Shown: positions 22,018 through 24,000 of the stretch, one piece after another
How the letters are laid out: every line of letters begins with the position of its first letter
Position numbering within the stretch: position 1 is the stretch's first letter
Assembly: GCA_050264575.1 (NCBI GenBank)
Contig: JBLNGH010000339.1
Span: 875-24,874, forward strand
DNA from: Acidobacteriota bacterium
GTDB lineage: Bacteria > Acidobacteriota > Vicinamibacteria > Vicinamibacterales > SCN-69-37
Length of the DNA: 24,000 nucleotides
Direction: 5' to 3'
The notes under the pieces: model-generated
What the model was told of the DNA's origin: nothing
The model's database searches: none
What the model saw: the letters and a program-made list of their open reading frames with translations, nothing else
Program-made: the position numbers and the translations under genes

Positions 22018-22518
22018 ATGAGCAAGAGCTCGACGGTCACCGCCCGGGCGCAACCGGTCGCGGATCTGACGTCGGTCACCGGCGCCCTGCGAGTCCACAG
22101 CGAGACGTTCACGCTTCAGACGGATCAGCGGTTTCACGTCATCGATCTCACCGAGCGCGTGATGACGCTCGTGCGCGATCTGCGAATCACCGAAGGGCTC
22201 GTCAACCTGTTCTCGATGCACACGACGTGCACGGTTTTCATCAACGAGTACCAGGCGGCGCTCGTCGCCGACATCAAGACCTTCCTCGAGCGCGTCGTCC
22301 TGCGCGACGCGGAGTGGCGGCACAACGATCCCGAGCACTCGGACTGCGATCGGATGAACGCCGATTCGCATCTGCGCGCGATGCTGCTCGGTCACAGCCT
22401 CACGGTCCAGGTGAGCGGCGGCGAAGTCGTGCTGGGCCAGTGGCAGCGCATTCTCATGGCCGAGCTCGACGGTCCCCGCGCGCGCACGCTGCGCGTCATG
22501 GTGATGGGCGTCGGATAA
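22018..22518 (+). CDS. yjbQ: YjbQ/UPF0047 family protein (secondary thiamine-phosphate synthase-type enzyme)
   Basis: Family pattern blocks are HVIDLTERV, GLVNLFSMHTTCTVFINE, D...FLERV and NADSHLRAMLLGHSLTVQVSGGEVVLGQWQRILMAELDGPRARTLRV. GGAGGAG lies just upstream of the ATG. The overlapping 187-aa track ORF (21981..22544) is Arg-rich shadow sequence. Confidence 0.85.
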   Translation: MSKSSTVTARAQPVADLTSVTGALRVHSETFTLQTDQRFHVIDLTERVMTLVRDLRITEGLVNLFSMHTTCTVFINEYQAALVADIKTFLERVVLRDAEWRHNDPEHSDCDRMNADSHLRAMLLGHSLTVQVSGGEVVLGQWQRILMAELDGPRARTLRVMVMGVG

Positions 22519-22525
22519 GAACATT

Positions 22526-22555
22526 GATAATGGGTAATTGGTAATCGGGTAATGG
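22526..22555 (+). repeat. Tandem 7-8-nt repeat GATAAT / GGTAAT x3 in the yjbQ/mqnE-like intergenic region, overlapping the first possible ATG
   Basis: Read directly: GATAATG GGTAATT GGTAATC GGGTAATG. Confidence 0.7.
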
Positions 22556-23733
22556 GAGCCAAGAGCTCTGAGAGGCCCTTCATGCTCCGTGCCCCTTCAT
22601 GCGATCTCGCTGACATCGATGTCAAGCTGACCGCCGGCGAACGGCTGTCGTTCGACGACGGCGTGCGTTTGTTCGAACATCCGGACCTGCACGCGCTCGG
22701 CGTGCTCGCCAACCGCGAGCGCGAGAAGCGTCACGGCGCGGTCACGTACTACAACTACAACCTGCGTCTCGAAGCGACGAACGTCTGTTCGGCGAGCTGC
22801 CTGTTCTGCTCGTTTGCGCGCCTCCGTCCCGGCGACCCCGGCGCGTACACGATGTCGATCGAGCACGTGCTGGACAAGGTTCGCGAGCGCGCCGATCAGC
22901 CGCTCACCGAAATCCACATCGTCAACGGCCTGCATCCCGGGTTGCCGTTCGACTACTACATCGACCTCCTCCGCGGGATCAAGCGGCTGCGGCCCGACCT
23001 TCATCTGAAGTGCTTCACGGCGGTGGAGATCGCGTTCTTCGCCGACACGTACGGCATGACGGACGTGGCCGTGCTGCGCGCGCTCATGGACGCGGGCCTC
23101 GATTCGCTGCCAGGCGGCGGGGCGGAGATCTTCGCCGAGCGCGTCCGGCGCAAGATTTGCCACGACAAGGCTGACGCGGATCGGTACCTCGCGATTCATC
23201 GCGCGGCGCATGCGCTCGGCCTGCGCTCGAACATCACGATGCTCTACGGGCATATCGAGACGATGGAGGAGCGGGTCGATCACATGCTGCGCACGCGCGC
23301 GCTGCAGGACGAGACCGGCGGACTGCAGGCGTTCATCCCGCTCGCGTTCCATCCGGACAACAACCAGATGCGCAAGCTGCCGGCGCCGACGGCGAGCGAT
23401 ACGCTGCGCGTGCACGCGGTCGCGAGATTGATGCTCGACAACGTGCCGCACATCAAGGCGTTCTGGATTGCGGCCGGCGTCGAGGTCGCGCAGCTGGCGC
23501 AATGGTACGGCGCCGACGATCTCGACGGCACGGTGCAGGAAGAGCGGATCTACCACATGGCCGGTTCACGCACGCCGGAATCGCTGTCGACCGCGGACAT
23601 CCGGCGCCTGATCCTCGCGTCCGGCCGGACGCCGGTCGAACGCGACACGTTGTACAACCGGGTGTACGGGGGACGGGGGTTTTCAACAGATCCGCCTGGT
23701 CGGGGCCGGAGGTCCCTCGGGCCTCCGGCCTGA
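22552..23733 (+). CDS. mqnE: Radical-SAM futalosine-pathway enzyme, MqnE-like (aminodeoxyfutalosine synthase; MqnC not excluded)
   Basis: The radical-SAM cluster motif is NVCSASCLFCSF (CxxxCxxC). Other blocks are TEIHIVNGLHPGLPFDYY, LHLKCFTAVEI, LDSLPGGGAEIF, NITMLYGHIETMEERVDH, LQDETGGLQAFIPLAFHP and DDLDGTVQEERIYHMAG, ending in RTPVERDTLYNRV. The GTVxEE block favours MqnE by eye. The alternative start ATG 22582 has a better SD (GAGAGG, 6-nt spacing). The last 21 codons and the stop lie inside a palindromic element. Confidence 0.75.
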   Translation: MGAKSSERPFMLRAPSCDLADIDVKLTAGERLSFDDGVRLFEHPDLHALGVLANREREKRHGAVTYYNYNLRLEATNVCSASCLFCSFARLRPGDPGAYTMSIEHVLDKVRERADQPLTEIHIVNGLHPGLPFDYYIDLLRGIKRLRPDLHLKCFTAVEIAFFADTYGMTDVAVLRALMDAGLDSLPGGGAEIFAERVRRKICHDKADADRYLAIHRAAHALGLRSNITMLYGHIETMEERVDHMLRTRALQDETGGLQAFIPLAFHPDNNQMRKLPAPTASDTLRVHAVARLMLDNVPHIKAFWIAAGVEVAQLAQWYGADDLDGTVQEERIYHMAGSRTPESLSTADIRRLILASGRTPVERDTLYNRVYGGRGFSTDPPGRGRRSLGPPA

Positions 23734-23767
23734 CCTGTGCGGATCTGTGGAAAAACCCCCGTCCCCC
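23668..23767. repeat. 100-nt near-perfect extended palindrome with GGGGGACGGGGG / CCCCCGTCCCCC termini, overlapping the 3' end and stop codon of the mqnE-like gene
   Basis: The outer arms are GGGGGACGGGGGTTTTCAACAGATCCGC (23668-23695) and GCGGATCTGTGGAAAAACCCCCGTCCCCC (23739-23767). The middle pair is GGTC/GACC. The inner pair is GGCCGGAGG (23704-23712) and CCTCCGGCC (23722-23730), with loop TCCCTCGGG. Confidence 0.85.
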
Positions 23768-23883
23768 TTGTAAACTGATCAGTGAGTCAAGTCCCGAGCC
23801 GGCGATAGCCGGGGGCCGAGGAGGCCCGGCGGGATCTTGGCATTTTTCATCTTTGGAGATTGAGAAAAATTTCACAAGCGGCC

Positions 23884-24000
23884 ATGGAGATCGCCTTCCT
23901 CACCGACTACGAGAAAACCCGCCTGAGCGACCGGCAAGCGCTCCCCGAGGGGTACCTCCGTCTGTCGGACGGCGAGATGGACGTGCGCATCGCCGCGGCC
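23884..24000 (+). CDS. Partial CDS (N-terminal 39 codons, runs off the right edge), possibly quinolinate synthase NadA of the long N-terminus type
   Basis: MEIAFLTDYEKTRLSDRQALPEGYLRLSDGEMDVRIAAA resembles, by memory, the N-terminal '..LP..y..s..el..RI.aAK..LG' segment that precedes HHYQRDEV in actinobacterial-type NadA. The diagnostic part lies outside the window. Confidence 0.35.
   Translation, partial: MEIAFLTDYEKTRLSDRQALPEGYLRLSDGEMDVRIAAA

Noticed and set aside
12527-22555. Short tandem arrays as CRISPR arrays
   Set aside because: The units are 7-9 nt and directly abutting, with no 25-40-nt unique spacers. The arrays are only 20-45 nt long, and no cas genes are in the window.
23838-23856. 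Sigma-54 promoter (TTGGCATTTTTCATCTT)
   Set aside because: The -24 GG element is present, but the -12 TGC is missing at the correct 4-5-nt spacing (TCATC instead of TTGCA).

Overview
High-GC (about 68-70% by eye) chromosomal segment. The gene content suggests Acidobacteriota or a neighbouring phylum: futalosine-pathway genes, a TonB-dependent receptor with a CarboxypepD_reg N-domain, and a long-type NadA N-terminus. This placement is inference only. Many long ORFs in the supplied track are antisense shadow ORFs. The genes I can support, left to right, are listed below.

- **Minus strand:** a TreS trehalose synthase with a maltokinase-like C-terminal domain (runs off the left edge and is absent from the ORF track), then a secreted BNR/Asp-box beta-propeller protein.
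- **Plus strand:** a class-I cysteine desulfurase; a membrane-anchored hypothetical protein; a stand-alone cation/proton-antiporter-like membrane protein; a 904-aa fusion of a second antiporter-like domain to an intact OtsA; OtsB; an MqnD-like protein; and two tandem paralogous secreted SH3-domain proteins.
- **Minus strand:** a five-gene, translationally coupled operon behind a cobalamin riboswitch. It encodes a TonB-dependent receptor, an ABC ATPase, a FecCD permease, a BtuF-like binding protein and a Dph6-like PP-loop ATPase.
- **Plus strand:** YjbQ, an MqnE-like radical-SAM enzyme, and the start of a probable NadA.

I see no tRNA, rRNA, CRISPR array, transposase or recombinase.

The most unusual observations are:
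1. The membrane-antiporter-like::OtsA fusion, sitting inside a trehalose cluster.
2. Locus-specific arrays of 7-9-nt periodic repeats and long palindromes at or inside gene boundaries. One is inside the B12 riboswitch, one is in-frame inside the BtuF-like CDS, one pair brackets a whole gene, and one family has GGGGACGGGG/CCCCGTCCCC termini.
3. A Dph6-like ATPase as the terminal gene of the B12-regulated uptake operon.

All calls come from reading the sequence and from remembered family motifs. No searches were run.
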